52,144 nt of DNA from a virus. Lineage: Duplodnaviria > Caudoviricetes. This document shows, one piece after another, positions 10,801 to 19,500 of the stretch. The notes beneath the pieces were generated by a model that made no database searches, was not told the DNA's origin, and worked only from the letters and a program-made list of their open reading frames with translations. A program made the translations under genes and the position numbers. Numbering within the stretch: the stretch's first letter is position 1; every line of letters begins with the position of its first letter. The stretch spans positions 1 to 52,144 of IMG/VR virus record IMGVR_UViG_3300033146_001792; one strand, given 5' to 3'.

Positions 10801-11854
10801 GAACACTACAAAAAATATAAACCCAATCAGTATCAGTTCCTATTTGAGTAAAAATGTTTCGTTTCATTTCATCACCCAAACCTAACTGACCATCCCTATT
10901 CCGACCAGTACCCCAAAGAGTACCGTCTGATTTTATTACTATTGAAAAATGAGCACCACAAGCAATTTGTTTCCAATTATTAAATCCTATTTCTTGCGTA
11001 AAATTATATTTATTTGTCCAATTTCCATCAGTACCCAATCCCAATTGACCATAATAATTACCACCAGTACTCCAAATAGTACCGTCTGATTTTAATGCTA
11101 TTGTATGATTACTACCACCATCAACCATAATCCAATCAGTACTAAGGCTTGATTCTTGAGTAAAAATATTTCGATCTGTACCTATTCCACCATCACCCAA
11201 TCCTAATTGACCATCATAATTTTTACCTGTACTCCAGATAGTACCATCCGATTTCAATATTAATGTAAAATGACCTCCACAAGTAACTTGAATACAATCA
11301 TTATTAGTCCCTACTTGAGTAAAAACATTTTGGTGTGTAATATTACCTAAACCCAATTGACCTTCATGATTATAACCAGTACTCCAAATAGTACCATCAG
11401 ATTTAATTGCTACTGAATGAAAACGTCCACAAGTAACTTGAATCCAATCGTTATCAGTTCCTACTTGAGTAAAAACATGACATTCTCCTATATCATCACC
11501 CAATCCCAATTGACCCCAATAATTATTACCAGCAGCCCAAAGAGTACCGTCTGATTTTATTGCCATTGAATGATCTTCACCACAATCAACTTGAACACTT
11601 TTAAAACACATATAACTTTCATACCCCTCAAAAACATTACACTCTCCACCACCAGTAACTTCACCATTGATCCATTTATCTCCAACATATGTTAAAGCCT
11701 GTTTGTCTTGAGGATTGTTTATATCAGTATCATAAAGGTCAACAATATCAGTAGCAACAATTTTGTTACCTTTTTTAAGTTCAGCATCTTCAACTACCAT
11801 TGCGGTAGGATATGCGCCTTCTGTATTATTTGAATCATATTTGAATGTAGTCAT
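7814..11854 (-). CDS. Fibre/receptor-binding-like protein with two RCC1 propellers and a Kelch propeller
   Basis: 14 RCC1 repeats plus Kelch-like repeats (LYIYGG, LYILGG, LHVFGG, MYIHGG). Start moved to 11854 (MTTFKY) by paralogue alignment and because 11899 lies in a terminator. Confidence 0.85.
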   Translation of the reverse strand: MTTFKYDSNNTEGAYPTAMVVEDAELKKGNKIVATDIVDLYDTDINNPQDKQALTYVGDKWINGEVTGGGECNVFEGYESYMCFKSVQVDCGEDHSMAIKSDGTLWAAGNNYWGQLGLGDDIGECHVFTQVGTDNDWIQVTCGRFHSVAIKSDGTIWSTGYNHEGQLGLGNITHQNVFTQVGTNNDCIQVTCGGHFTLILKSDGTIWSTGKNYDGQLGLGDGGIGTDRNIFTQESSLSTDWIMVDGGSNHTIALKSDGTIWSTGGNYYGQLGLGTDGNWTNKYNFTQEIGFNNWKQIACGAHFSIVIKSDGTLWGTGRNRDGQLGLGDEMKRNIFTQIGTDTDWVYIFCSVQHSMAIKSNGTLWGTGNNYNGQLGLGDDGYNTDRIVFTKVGTDTDWVQVSGQYYHTIAIKTDKTLWGTGSNVDGKLGLGDVYPNVTLFTQPFINLYNSIFIDQNTTTPGEGQYETPFQSIQDAFQWLRNTCVVIPEDITLSVYLLSDQNIDTPVSLNHPYGNNIEIIGNGYSLINEADISEFIHFSCGNEHSMAIKSDGTLWATGNNNFGQLGLGNIDNVVIFTQVGNDTDWDQVACGLHHTMAIKSDGTLWGTGRNLQGQLGLGDNVNRNIFNKVGTNNDWIQVACGEYYTISIKENGTLWGTGDNHWGQLGLDDYGQDSDRNVFTQEIGLDTNWVQVACGDYHTLAIKSNGTLWGTGTNHYGELGIGGGYFYKIIFTQEESISDKWDQVDCGGNHSISLKSDGTLWSTGQNHYGQLGLGDNVDRNVFTQEIGLDTDWKQVAGGYMHTMAIKSDGNLWCTGYNNLGQLGLGDNTHRNVFTQVGVDNDWIQVACGVSFSLALKLNCNIWDTGNNNSGQLGLGDKTNRNIFNKATQSTDYSNLKLFDNHSLKGITNCKLKNDLRYDSLTYRMNFYLDFLNTPSPDPLEYCTSQVYGDKMYIMKGYSTYIRFYSFDFITKTWDEYTHSSHDTIKPSSCINGNKIYIQGTNNIYVYNIDTDTLSRIGNTTFRRDATMEYNDGKLYIYGGYENVAINSLSIYKLSTNTNETIYGPPENYQGRKGASSGMYNNNLYILGGNYGVDEMGAKSDFHKFNIKTREWTKLQNYRSGNLTQHTSCVIGNKLHVFGGASGEFWVYSGSYYNLDDEDEWKYAGPKNVSSWTQAVRKKHVMSVYKGKMYIHGGKRYQDTVFPNPYIDKYYEAIYIDGVILDENNTSYYLIDIFNLEIKNNSTMLLLNNQFDHSQEKMIKRNIKKQLYSVIYLNNKSIKLYSAVGIFENLIPNNVKIDMNSTVEIPNLEYDIEKWSAKNNSNVIIDTKSNHIIDIENENSTIIVNDAII

Positions 11855-11862
11855 AGTAATAA

Positions 11863-11870
11863 TATTTATA
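11863..11870 (-). promoter_or_regulatory. T4-type late promoter for the RCC1 gene triplet
   Basis: Exact TATAAATA 8 nt upstream of ATG 11854, directly after a terminator. Confidence 0.75.
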
Positions 11871-11884
11871 CGAATTTTAGGCAT

Positions 11885-11911
11885 AAAAAAACACCCCAAA
11901 GGAGTGTTTTT
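11885..11911 (-). terminator. Intrinsic terminator
   Basis: Minus strand AAAAACACTCC-TTT-GGGGTGTTTTTTT. Confidence 0.8.
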
Positions 11912-11938
11912 AATTATTTATTTTTATAATAATATTTT

Positions 11939-12160
11939 TTAAGAACCACCTTCACCAGAAGAACCTTCACCAGAAGAACCTTCACCAGAAGAACCTTCAC
12001 CAGAAGAACCTCCACCAGAAGAACCTTCACTAGAAGAACCTTCTGGTGAACTTGATTCTGGAATACCACCATCACTGGTTCTTATAAATATATATGAACC
12101 GAATGTACTAAATACTACATTTTGATTTACTGTTATTGCTGTTGGATTTGTTTTTATCAT
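11939..12160 (-). CDS. Small protein with GEGSS repeat tail
   Basis: AGGA RBS; 73 aa with low-complexity C-terminus. Confidence 0.55.
   Translation of the reverse strand: MIKTNPTAITVNQNVVFSTFGSYIFIRTSDGGIPESSSPEGSSSEGSSGGGSSGEGSSGEGSSGEGSSGEGGS
11948..12043. repeat. 15-bp tandem repeat (ACCTTCACCAGAAGA) x ~6.4
   Basis: Four perfect and two single-mismatch copies plus a partial; in frame in the 73-aa ORF. Confidence 0.9.
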
Positions 12161-12177
12161 TTTATTTTCCTATTAAA

Positions 12178-14274
12178 TTAATTTCCACCTTCAAAATTAT
12201 TTACTCTATCAATTAATACTACAGAATTACCCTGTGCTGTAATCATATCTATATTAGTTGGAAATACATTATTAGATGAATTTCGTTGCATCTCTTCAAT
12301 ATTTATATGAGAATATGAACAATCAATTAAAGGAATTGTATCATTTGCAACAAAATTAGTATTATTTTTATAAATCATATTATTTACCTGTGTACCATCA
12401 AAATATATTGCTCTTTGTGTAAATGTTCCTAAATCGGCAAATAACCAATTAATACTACAATGATCGAAATACATTAATTTATATTCATTAGAATAATTTG
12501 ATTGTAATTTAAATTCTAATTCAATAATATTACATGATTTAAAAGATAATAAATCATTTATAGAAGAATTTAAATTAATAATAGTAATATCAAATTGCAA
12601 CAATGTACAATCAATAATTGTTAATAAATTTTCATCATTAATATGTGTTCCATCCAATGTAACATCAAAAATATCCAAATCTATAAAATTAGATAACACA
12701 GTATGCTCGTATGTTTTAAACGTACTATATCTAATAGATAATTTAGATGATCTTTGACTTGTATTTCCTAATGTAAGAACATCACCAGTACAATATGAAA
12801 TTATAATTTCACTATATCCATCTGTACTATCAAAAAATATGTGTTGATTTGGTGAATAAAAATCACAATCAATAATATACAATTTATTAATTACTTTAAA
12901 AAGACTATCACCAGAAGTCATACCACTTGCAGTTATAGTATATTTTCCTTTTCCATTAGCCATAATAACAATATTGTTAGGATGATTTATTGTTAATTTT
13001 TGTGTAACAGTAAAATTAGAATTTACTTCAAGTCTAATATTAATATTTCCTGAACAAACTAATTGATTTGCTCGTTCAATACATTTAGCTAAAGTAGCAT
13101 ATGGATAACTTGTTGTTCCGTCACCAGTTGTATCATTTCCTGTAGATGTTGCGTATATATCAATATCACCTGTAACCATACCACTTCCACCACCAGAAAT
13201 ATCATCTTGTGGTTTCCATAATGAATCAACAGAATTCCATTTAAGAACTTGACCATTATTAGGAGGAATTGTGGTTGTATCAACATCAACAAGTGAATCA
13301 ATACTTCCACCACCACCAGAAACAGTTCCGGGAATCCATGTAGCATTTACACCATCCCATATAAGAGCTTGACCAGCATTAGGAGAATTTGTAGTAGTAT
13401 CAACATCACTTAAATCATCAATTTTAGATGCTCCGCCACCACCACCAGAAACAGTTCCCGGAGTCCATTTAGATGTAGATGAATTCCAAACAAGAGCTTG
13501 ACCGTCTATAGGTGGAACTGTAGATGTATCAGCATCACTCAAATCATTCATAGAGTCAACTGTTGATTGTGTATCAGCAGGAACCCAACTTGTACCATTC
13601 CATGTAAGAATTTGATTTAAAGTAGGTGATGTTGTTGTAGTATCAACATCTGTAAGATCACTTATAACTGAAACTGTTGATTGAGCATCCATAGCTTGCC
13701 ATTCACCAGCAGTATCATTCCATGTAAGAATTTGATTATCTGTTGGAGAAGAAATATTTACATCATTAATATTATTTAATGTATCAGCTTCTCCTTTCCA
13801 TTCTGTACCATCAAATACAAGTTTATCTCCATTCACAGCCGCAGAAGTATCAACGTCTGTATTTCCACTAATATGCGTTGTTCCTTGTGGTAAATTAACC
13901 CAAGACCCTCCACTATATGTAAGAACCTCATTGTCACTAACAGAACCAACTACAACGTCTGTAAGGCTATTTAAATCTGTATTACCAGTTGTAGGTGCTT
14001 TAAATACATCACCAAGAATTGTAATACCACATTTTTGTCCTGCTGTTGGTGCTACAGCAAATGTAATTTGATAATTTGAAATTGAATAATCAACATCAGG
14101 TTCTTGAAGAGCACCATCAATACCAACAACCAAATTGGTAGCCTTTCCAATCATTCGATTTACTGTATTTACTTTGATATCAAATGTTACTAAAGTGCCA
14201 TTAAATAATCCTGAGATATCATCAACTTTATCATAAGCACCTTGTAATTGTGCTTCTCTTCCTATATAAGACAT
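12178..14274 (-). CDS. Tail fibre-like protein
   Basis: MSYIG...DDISGLFNG N-terminus, repeated LxDLxDVDT...GQxLxWN...W segments, C-terminal GNDxTGDGT...PYATL beta-helix-like domain. Confidence 0.8.
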   Translation of the reverse strand: MSYIGREAQLQGAYDKVDDISGLFNGTLVTFDIKVNTVNRMIGKATNLVVGIDGALQEPDVDYSISNYQITFAVAPTAGQKCGITILGDVFKAPTTGNTDLNSLTDVVVGSVSDNEVLTYSGGSWVNLPQGTTHISGNTDVDTSAAVNGDKLVFDGTEWKGEADTLNNINDVNISSPTDNQILTWNDTAGEWQAMDAQSTVSVISDLTDVDTTTTSPTLNQILTWNGTSWVPADTQSTVDSMNDLSDADTSTVPPIDGQALVWNSSTSKWTPGTVSGGGGGASKIDDLSDVDTTTNSPNAGQALIWDGVNATWIPGTVSGGGGSIDSLVDVDTTTIPPNNGQVLKWNSVDSLWKPQDDISGGGSGMVTGDIDIYATSTGNDTTGDGTTSYPYATLAKCIERANQLVCSGNINIRLEVNSNFTVTQKLTINHPNNIVIMANGKGKYTITASGMTSGDSLFKVINKLYIIDCDFYSPNQHIFFDSTDGYSEIIISYCTGDVLTLGNTSQRSSKLSIRYSTFKTYEHTVLSNFIDLDIFDVTLDGTHINDENLLTIIDCTLLQFDITIINLNSSINDLLSFKSCNIIELEFKLQSNYSNEYKLMYFDHCSINWLFADLGTFTQRAIYFDGTQVNNMIYKNNTNFVANDTIPLIDCSYSHINIEEMQRNSSNNVFPTNIDMITAQGNSVVLIDRVNNFEGGN

Positions 14275-14287
14275 ATTTTCCTCTTTA

Positions 14288-14632
14288 TTATGAAAGTTCC
14301 AGTGCTGAAACTACTACATCAGCTCCGCTTGCATCCGAACAAGCAACTTGAATTTTATCACCCGGTTCCAGAACTATTTTTTGAACTCCACCAGCCGGAA
14401 CAAGTGAAGCCCCAACTTCAATAGGAGTATCAGGTGCTACTACATGCGTATAAGTAGTAGCTGATAAATCTTCTATTCTTGCTTCTACTGTAATTGGAAT
14501 AGCACTTGATTCAACATTAGCGATAGTCATACCAAAAACTACAGCAGATTTAATAGCACCCGGACAAGCATAAACTTCCGTAAATCCTGTTCCTATACCT
14601 TGTGTTGTTTTATTTTTAAAATCTATTGACAT
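14288..14632 (-). CDS. Putative virion structural protein (114 aa)
   Basis: FKN...VY...VxGxxIANV...KIVLExGD pattern typical of small fibre-associated proteins; tight operon spacing. Confidence 0.7.
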   Translation of the reverse strand: MSIDFKNKTTQGIGTGFTEVYACPGAIKSAVVFGMTIANVESSAIPITVEARIEDLSATTYTHVVAPDTPIEVGASLVPAGGVQKIVLEPGDKIQVACSDASGADVVVSALELS

Positions 14633-14641
14633 TTTATTTTC

Positions 14642-15412
14642 CTATATTTGTTCCATTAAAGCTATGTAAATATCAGAAGAATTGTCAGTATCAGTAATTA
14701 TTCGTATTTCATCATTTTCTTCTAATTGAACATTAGTTTCGTCATTATTATTTATGACATATGCTTGATGCGGTTTTACTAAAATTCCTTTCATTATATA
14801 AGTAGGAGTTCCTGATTTATACAATAAAACATCAACATTTACATTATTTAATGTTCGATTACACATTGAAATATTCATAATTGTAGTATTTTTACTTGTA
14901 CAAATATAAATCGTTTCCTCTGTTGTTCCAAGAAGATTAAACATAGCATTTTTAAATCTTCTTGATGAATGTTTAGAAATAATAGCAAAAACTGAATCAG
15001 AAAAATTAGCTTCATCATTAGTATTATCAGGCCCATATATTACATTACCATATGCTTTTGTTCTAATTATAGTTTGATCAAAAACATCTTTATGTGTTGT
15101 CGTATAAGATAAAGAACTGTCTAATAATTTTACATTATCACCAGTTTTATCTTTAAAAAATACTAATGCTTTTGAATTATTTCCAAATTTTATATAATCA
15201 TTAGAAATACGTTTAATATAATCTGAAATTATACCAATTGAATGAATTTTAAATCGAATTTCATCAGTATTATTTACTTTAAATATATCAAATATCCGAG
15301 CATTATCGGAAAAAGACATATTATCAGAAATATTATTTCTATATGTTATATTTACATTAGCATCATCAAATAATGTAATGTAATCAAAAACTCTTTTGTT
15401 AAAATCGGCCAT
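14642..15412 (-). CDS. Putative virion structural protein
   Basis: C-terminal ~100 aa (RFKNA...IY...QLEENDEI) resembles 14288-14632. Confidence 0.65.
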   Translation of the reverse strand: MADFNKRVFDYITLFDDANVNITYRNNISDNMSFSDNARIFDIFKVNNTDEIRFKIHSIGIISDYIKRISNDYIKFGNNSKALVFFKDKTGDNVKLLDSSLSYTTTHKDVFDQTIIRTKAYGNVIYGPDNTNDEANFSDSVFAIISKHSSRRFKNAMFNLLGTTEETIYICTSKNTTIMNISMCNRTLNNVNVDVLLYKSGTPTYIMKGILVKPHQAYVINNNDETNVQLEENDEIRIITDTDNSSDIYIALMEQI

Positions 15413-15415
15413 TTA

Positions 15416-16312
15416 TTATCCAAGAGCTATTGCAAATGCTACTGACATTTCCATTGATTCATTAATAGCATTAACAAGAGAAGTTTTATCATCAGTTTCA
15501 AGAGTTGATATGTCACCAATAGCAGATGTATTTATATCAGTATGAGCATCAACTTCATTAACAGCAGATACTAATGATGATTTTGAATCAGTTGTTAAAT
15601 TACTTGTATCACCAATAGCAGATGTATTTGTATCAGTATGAGCATCAACTTCATTAATCGCACCTGTCAAAACAGAAGCATTAGTATTGAGACTCATATT
15701 ACCAATATTAAATGTATTGATATTTGCTTGTGTTTTTACTTCATTAGTAGCAAGAACAAGACTTACTTTTGTTGTTGTAATAAGATCAGGTAAATTACCA
15801 ATATTTGTTTTATTTTGATCAGTATGAAGATCAATTTCATTAACCGCCCCAACAATAGTTCCTTTTTCTGTTGTAGTAAGTGTTGTTAAATCACCAACTT
15901 TAGATGATAAATAATCTATATTTCCATCAACTTCATTAATCGCACTAACTATATTTGTTTTATCATTTGTTGTAAGATCAGGTAAATTGCCAATATCACT
16001 ATCTAATTCATTAATGGCATTTACTATAGACGATTTATCAATTGTAGTCAATGTTGTAAGATCACCAATATTGATAGTATTTACGTCTGTATGAAGATCA
16101 ACTTCATTAACAGCATCAACTAAATTATCTTTTAAATTAGTTCTCAATCCTTCAAGATCACCAATATGAATAAAATTTTCATTAACAGCACGAATTACGG
16201 TAGATTCGTCAGACATCATGTAATCAATATCACCAACTATAAGAGAAACGTCATTAGTCTTTTTTCTCCATTGATCAAAAGTATCTTCTAAAGAAACTAA
16301 AATTACTGACAT
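15416..16312 (-). CDS. Fibre/fibritin-like repeat protein
   Basis: DTFDQWRKKTN N-terminus; repeats IGDLxxLTTxDKxxxVxAxNE; C-terminal AFAIALG. Confidence 0.75.
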   Translation of the reverse strand: MSVILVSLEDTFDQWRKKTNDVSLIVGDIDYMMSDESTVIRAVNENFIHIGDLEGLRTNLKDNLVDAVNEVDLHTDVNTINIGDLTTLTTIDKSSIVNAINELDSDIGNLPDLTTNDKTNIVSAINEVDGNIDYLSSKVGDLTTLTTTEKGTIVGAVNEIDLHTDQNKTNIGNLPDLITTTKVSLVLATNEVKTQANINTFNIGNMSLNTNASVLTGAINEVDAHTDTNTSAIGDTSNLTTDSKSSLVSAVNEVDAHTDINTSAIGDISTLETDDKTSLVNAINESMEMSVAFAIALG

Positions 16313-16566
16313 TATTTTTCTCCTACTATATGTTCTAACAAGCGTTTTATAGACTTGATATCTTTTTCAATATCTTTGATAACTTTATGATCATGATTTT
16401 GATAACGAACCACTTTAGCTATATCCCCTTCATGTTCAGCATCACCAAACATTTGTTGCTGAACTCTTCTTATATAATTACGATTTCTCGCTCTCATATA
16501 GTCTTTTGAGTTTGTATTTACAACAGCCCCGCTTGACTTTTTTTGAAAATCTTTTATACTATTCAT
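16312..16566 (-). CDS. Hypothetical protein (coiled-coil C-terminus)
   Basis: SGAVVNTN motif; sits where T4-like phages typically have a small gene after the VrlC-like gene. Confidence 0.7.
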   Translation of the reverse strand: MNSIKDFQKKSSGAVVNTNSKDYMRARNRNYIRRVQQQMFGDAEHEGDIAKVVRYQNHDHKVIKDIEKDIKSIKRLLEHIVGEK

Positions 16567-16574
16567 ATCTTTAT

Positions 16575-19500
16575 TTATGTTGTACAGATCAATCTAAAAT
16601 CTTGAAAAATCGGCACTTGAGTTGAGTTTGTACTTTTCATAACCAATTTTACCGCAATTGCGTTAAACGGAACTGGCGGATTCAATTTTGTATATGGTTT
16701 ATTTGGATCATTACTATCAATTTCAACAGTAAATGAATAATCTTTAAAATCATCATTTGATTCAGAAATAGCAACATCTTCATCAGGAGAATCCAATCGA
16801 ACCCAATCAATTTCATTCCATTCTGTTACTTCATAAGGATTTCTAACTTTATAATATACATCAATATCAGCTTCTTGTTGTCTTACAGCACCAAAGAAAA
16901 TTTTAAAATTTTCAGCAGGTTCAGCAAGCGTTACCTGTTTTGTCATATAACGAGATGATGTTGAACAATTAAATGAACGATTCTCTGGTACATATACAAA
17001 ATGTGATTCAGAAAATGCTATTTTTGTTTCATTATTTCCACTTGTATCATCACCTGAACCAGAATAACCAGTAGTAACAGTTTCACCCATATCAATAAGA
17101 TAATGATCTTTATCAACAACACGAATTTCATGAAGACCGTTTGGATCAAAATCAACTAACCCGGCAATTGTATCATTAAAATCTGAAATATAAACAAATG
17201 ATCCTGTACCCATTTCATGATCAGGATGAGCTATATTTAATTCATCTTCACCATTTCCTATAGAGAAAACAACATCAGTACCAATATTCCATGTTCCAAT
17301 TGAAGGAAAATCAATTCTATTAGATATCGCAATAAATGTAGAAGAACTTTGATTAAAGTAAATATCTTCACCATTTTCAGTATCAACGTCATATTGTTGA
17401 GCATCAACTACAGGTGAAACATTTTCATTATCAGAATGCATTGTACCCATAAGTTTAAGAGATTTTTCACCTCTCAAATATTGATCTTCATTATATTTTG
17501 AAGCAATTAACATAGGTTTAGACATATCAATATCTTCATTATTAATAACATCAATATACGGTTCAGTTAAATAATGTGTTTGATTTCCATCAATAGATTG
17601 TCCTGTAGTTGTTTGTAATTGCCAATCAACACTTGTCTCATCTAAAATCAATTCATTAACAAGAGGATGCGCTACATCAAGTTGATAATTTTTTGTACCC
17701 ATAATTGTTGTTCCACCAGTAAGACCTGTATCTGTAGCTTGTGTTCCAGTAATTACTATTACAAAAGAATCAATTTCATTATCAGTAATCATATGAGTAC
17801 CATTTAATTGTGAACCTAAAAATCCATTATAATCAGTACCATCATCAAGTCCTGAAATATTATACATTGAACCATCAGTTAAACCATGATCTTTTTGATA
17901 AATACGAACTTTTTCGGAACCCTGTTGTGTTTCAATAGAATTATCATCCAAAAGTTCAGGTCGAATAACATCATTTACCAATTGGCATGAACCATCAGAA
18001 TTAATATCAAAAACAGCTTTTGAAAGTTCAAACATAATATCTTCATCTTGATTTGGTGTCCATGTTGAAGCATTTTGTGATTTAAACAATGAACCAAGAG
18101 ACTGTTTTCCTGTGATAATTTCACCTGTTCCTAAGTCAATTTTTCCACTTTCAGCAACCCATACATTATAAGAAGAAGATTCCACAGTAGGTTTAATTAC
18201 AAAACAATAACTTTCACCTTCTTTTAAATAAATTGGTTCTGGAAAATAAAAATCTGTAGGATCACCCGGTGCTCTCTCAGAAACAGGAACATTTTTAGGT
18301 TGAACTGTAGTTTCAGTAAGAGCAATTTGATCAGGATATCCATTAACCATATTACGAATTTCACAAATAACTGCTTCTTTCGTATCTTTATTTTGAAACC
18401 AAACTCGAACTTTTGTAAGAAAACATCCACCAGCTTCATTAATTAAAAAAGATTGAGCAATAGGATCAAACCATGGAGATATACGTACATTAGTTCCACT
18501 TTTTGATGAACGTCTATTTACAGTACGGTTTTGTCTTGTAGATGTTTTTGTAAACTTAATAGTTTTTGTTGAAAGAACTGTATTTTCTTGTTTAGATGAC
18601 ATACCATGTGATTTAAACATACCTTTAGCTTTTGTATGAACAGGATCAGCATTAGTAATTTGATCATTAAGAACAAATTCACGTTCTCCGGTCATAAATT
18701 TTAAATCAACATCATTAGGAATATTCCAAACAAGAACTACTTCTCCCATTTCACCTGTTATAATAGCATCTCCACGATTCTTATGTTCAAAAGAACTCAT
18801 AACACAAGAAGCACCAGATTTAATTCCTCTTATTGTTTCACCAACTTGAAAATTACCTTTTCTATTAAGAATAAGTAAATATCCATCAGTTTGATACATA
18901 ACAATAGCAGTAGCACCGGAAACATTACCTCTTATTTGTTCTTCATTATAATTTTCTGTTTTAAATGTTCCAGAAATAGAAGAACAATTAATTTTAGAAG
19001 CAGGAGTACAATACTCACGTTTAGAAGGTGGATCGCAATGTTTACTCATTGAAATTTCATCAAAGAAAGGATACACTTTTGTGTTCTTTTTCATTTGATC
19101 AGTTTTAATAACAACTGGAATACTTCTCATATAAGGAATATAATTAACTTCCGTAATACGATCACCAAGACTTTTTGACATTACATTTGAATCTCTATGA
19201 GTAGTTCTTGCTCCACTTTTTGATTGATTCTGTCGCCATGTTGTTGTAGAATTCCAAGATGTAGTAGTTCTATCTTGTAACCAACCCTCATCATGAGAAA
19301 TACCAGTGCTTCTACGAGAAACCCTAACAGTAGAAGATAAACTTGTAGCTTTTCTTCTTACATTCTTTCGACCACCAACATCATTCCATCTACCCCATTC
19401 AATACCATTTAAATCTTTAGTATTATCAGCAATAAATTTAAGAGCTTCATAATTTGGCGAATGATTTACAACTAAAGTAGGAAGTTTTTTCTTATCATGC

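Noticed and set aside
2591-11854. Diversity-generating retroelement acting on the RCC1 genes or the Mtd_N-like fibres
   Set aside because: No reverse transcriptase or non-coding template repeat in the window, and differences between repeats are not adenine-specific; a DGR elsewhere in the genome cannot be excluded
11948-12043. CRISPR-like array
   Set aside because: Contiguous 15-bp units with no spacers, in frame within an ORF
12160-12180. Readthrough or frameshift joining the 698-aa fibre to the GEGSS ORF
   Set aside because: The frames differ, a TAG lies in the downstream frame before its ATG, and the small ORF has its own RBS
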